A DNA stretch of 64,000 nucleotides from Candidatus Poribacteria bacterium. Lineage in GTDB: Bacteria > Poribacteria > WGA-4E > WGA-3G. The translations under genes were made by a program, and so were the position numbers. Shown piece by piece: positions 61,674-64,000 of the stretch (the first letter of the stretch is position 1; each line of letters opens with the position of its first letter). The stretch spans positions 4,864,001 through 4,928,000 of the forward strand of contig OZ243938.1 in assembly GCA_965214095.1 (NCBI GenBank). The letters run 5' to 3'. The notes under the pieces are model-generated. The model saw nothing but the letters and a program-made list of their open reading frames with translations, ran no database searches and had not been told where the DNA came from.

Positions 61674-63059
61674 ATGATATATTATGGACTTGTATGCTCA
61701 GCAATAAATGAAGACCGGCAGGCACTAAGAGAGGGAATGCGACTATTAGCCACTATTGCACATAAATACAATATCCCAATTACTTGGGCAATAACTGCTG
61801 ACTTAGCACGATCTTTCTCAAATGATTTGACAGAATGGCATAATGAATACAGTGATGAACCTTTGTTAATGCTCGATATAACGTCAACATGGAAAGAAGG
61901 TTGGTATTCAATTACTGAACAATCTACATCAGATAATGAAGTTGACCATGAAAATATAAATACCCTATACGAATCTGCATCAGCAAACTCTATAGCAGAA
62001 CATCTCGTAAAAATGAGAGAAACTGTTCCAAACTTTATCAGTTCTGAATGGAAGAAATTCCAGAAGGCTTTCGATTGGACAGTGCCAAATATCGCTGGGG
62101 CAGAATGGAAAAACCATGTATTGGTTCAAGCATTAGAACAGGAAGGATTTCGAGGTCTGTGGGGATATCGTTGGGAGAAACGCGACTCCATCGCAGAAGG
62201 TGATCGTGGCTGTCCCTTCGGCTTTTTTTATCCTTCTACAGAACAACATAACTTCAGCACTCCTGCTGCAGGAAGTATCGCTGGTATACCGCACAATACA
62301 GCAACACACATTCAGAAGGAGAAACACAATCTCAGATCTGCACTCATAAACGATGTCCTTCATCAGAACATAAACCTATATATTGAGAATGATAACTGGA
62401 ACCGGTGGATCTGCTATGTAGAACATGTTGATGTAATGGATGTCGTCCAGTTAGGTCAAGAAACATTAGCAAAACTGGATACTTATTTAGAATATATAAC
62501 CAACAAAGAATCCATTAAGCTTCTACCTTTATCTGATATAATAGACGACTATTGGACAAATTGCCAGATGACTGAACCGACTTATGTTGTTAAGCCAACA
62601 CTATCAAAGCCTGAATCTCAGAACACTTTAACAGACACCTCCGACACTGATACTGAAAGCAAAAAGGAGTTCACCTATTACGATGCCGAATGCCAATGTT
62701 CGTTTGTTGAAGGAACGATGGAACCTGTTGAAATGAAGAATTATATTACACCACCAGTTTTGGAGAATATCGGAATCGGTGTTTCAGACCACAGTTTTCT
62801 AAATCATGGAGTAGAATACCATTTACCAAGAATGACAAACTATCAACCTATTAGGAAACGTTCAAGATTACATATCAATTTTACAATTGAGTCAACAAAA
62901 GCAATGCCTTATGCCGTTGCTGTCTGGGGAAACCACCTCGGCTTACAACTAACTGAGTCAAACGCCAAAGAGGTTAAATGGATTGATGAACATCTGCTCT
63001 TTATTAGACTTGCATTAGAGAAAGGTGATAACGATTTTGAGATCATCCTATCTATATAA
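61674..63059 (+). CDS. Hypothetical protein, possibly polysaccharide-deacetylase-like fold
   Basis: Long ORF. HKYNIPITWA and DRGCPFGFFYPS segments. No confident family assignment. Confidence 0.65.
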   Translation: MIYYGLVCSAINEDRQALREGMRLLATIAHKYNIPITWAITADLARSFSNDLTEWHNEYSDEPLLMLDITSTWKEGWYSITEQSTSDNEVDHENINTLYESASANSIAEHLVKMRETVPNFISSEWKKFQKAFDWTVPNIAGAEWKNHVLVQALEQEGFRGLWGYRWEKRDSIAEGDRGCPFGFFYPSTEQHNFSTPAAGSIAGIPHNTATHIQKEKHNLRSALINDVLHQNINLYIENDNWNRWICYVEHVDVMDVVQLGQETLAKLDTYLEYITNKESIKLLPLSDIIDDYWTNCQMTEPTYVVKPTLSKPESQNTLTDTSDTDTESKKEFTYYDAECQCSFVEGTMEPVEMKNYITPPVLENIGIGVSDHSFLNHGVEYHLPRMTNYQPIRKRSRLHINFTIESTKAMPYAVAVWGNHLGLQLTESNAKEVKWIDEHLLFIRLALEKGDNDFEIILSI

Positions 63060-63090
63060 AAAAAGATATAGTAGAGAAGAATACAGATAT

Positions 63091-63252
63091 TATAGTAAAA
63101 ACCATAATTATTTACACACTACGGTAGGTTCGGTTTCCGAACCGGTATCCCACGATAGGCGAGGTTTCCTAACCGAACCGGTGTCCCACGGTAGGCGAGG
63201 TTTCCTAACCTCGCCGATGCAGAGTGTTCAAGTAATTTCAAAATCTACTATA
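63091..63252. repeat. Chimeric element: left end of the 4052 family, right end of the 4987 family, three REP units
   Basis: TATAGTAAAAACCATAATTATTTACACACTACGGTAGGTTCGG... joined to ...CCTCGCCGATGCAGAGTGTTCAAGTAATTTCAAAATCTACTATA. Confidence 0.8.
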
Positions 63253-63277
63253 ATAGAATAAAATATTTGGAGGAAGT

Positions 63278-64000
63278 ATGGATAAAGTTTTAGGATTAAA
63301 ATGTCGTGAATGTGAACGCGAGTATCCAAAGGAACCACTTCACGTTTGCGAGTTCTGTTTCGGACCATTAGAGGTCCACTATGACTACGAAGTCATTCAG
63401 AAGTCAATTTCAAGACGTTCAATAGAACAAGGTCCTGATAGTTTATGGAGATACATTGACTTATTGCCGATCGACGGTGAACCGACTGATGGATTAAAAT
63501 CTGGTTTTACACCACTTATCCGAGCCAAAAATCTTGGGGACGCACTCGGTGTAAAGGAGATATACATAAAAGACGATTCTGTCTGCCACCCAACATTATC
63601 ATTCAAAGACCGGGTGGTTGCTATCGCACTCAGCAAGTCAAAAGAATTCGACTTTGACACGGTCTCGTGTGCATCCACTGGGAACTTAGCCAATGCTGTC
63701 GCTGCACATGCGGCTATTGCTAACTTAAACTGTTATATCTTCATTCCCGCTGATTTAGAACTTGGCAAAGTTGTCGCGTCGTTAGTCTATGCACCCACGG
63801 TTGTAGGTATCATGGGTACTTACGACGAAGTAAACCGTCTGTGTAGTGAAATCGCGGGGGTCTACCCGTGGGCATTCGTCAATATCAACATCCGTCCATA
63901 CTATGCGGAGGGTTCAAAAACGCTCTGTTTTGAATTAATTGAACAACTCGGTTGGGAAGCACCAGACCACATAATTGCACCCGCCGCTGGTGGTTCACTG
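63278..64000 (+). CDS. thrC: Threonine synthase (partial, runs off the window)
   Basis: GGAGG RBS. MDKVLGLKCRECEREY...CEFCFGPLEV, HPTLSFKDR, CASTGNLANAVA, RPYYAEGSKT motifs. Confidence 0.92.
   Translation, partial: MDKVLGLKCRECEREYPKEPLHVCEFCFGPLEVHYDYEVIQKSISRRSIEQGPDSLWRYIDLLPIDGEPTDGLKSGFTPLIRAKNLGDALGVKEIYIKDDSVCHPTLSFKDRVVAIALSKSKEFDFDTVSCASTGNLANAVAAHAAIANLNCYIFIPADLELGKVVASLVYAPTVVGIMGTYDEVNRLCSEIAGVYPWAFVNINIRPYYAEGSKTLCFELIEQLGWEAPDHIIAPAAGGSL

Noticed and set aside
63397-63693. 98-aa minus-strand ORF
   Set aside because: It is antisense to thrC, which the ORF track missed because thrC runs off the window.

Overview
AT-rich bacterial DNA. The protein repertoire resembles Candidatus Poribacteria (inference from near-identical WD40 repeats with an NYPNPFNPETWIPY tail, C-terminal GKLxTxWxxIK motifs, and many PhyH and Gfo/Idh/MocA enzymes). 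The left 26.4 kb is a minus-strand accessory region. It holds five ECF sigma factors, each fused through one transmembrane helix to a large extracytoplasmic domain: four beta-propellers and one C-type lectin, the latter gene frameshifted. Each is preceded by the same TG(C/A)AA(C/T)-N17/18-(C/T)(G/A)TCT(A/T) promoter-like motif. Secreted WD40, TolB-like and jelly-roll proteins and an IS982 remnant lie between them. The right part is mostly housekeeping and metabolic: era, double-length uvrA, uvrB, a class A PBP, waaF-like GT9, PPi-type pfk, thrC and several oxidoreductases. The ORF track splits two genes at in-frame TGA codons that sit at conserved Cys/Sec positions and are followed by SECIS-like hairpins. 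One is a GrdB/PrdB-like selenoprotein (a known family). The other is a geranylgeranyl-reductase-family flavoprotein next to a ferredoxin, a candidate unusual selenoprotein. Many intergenic regions carry short non-autonomous elements in which several terminal-repeat shells are combined with several GTAG-type REP hairpin cores. No rRNA, tRNA or CRISPR array was seen.
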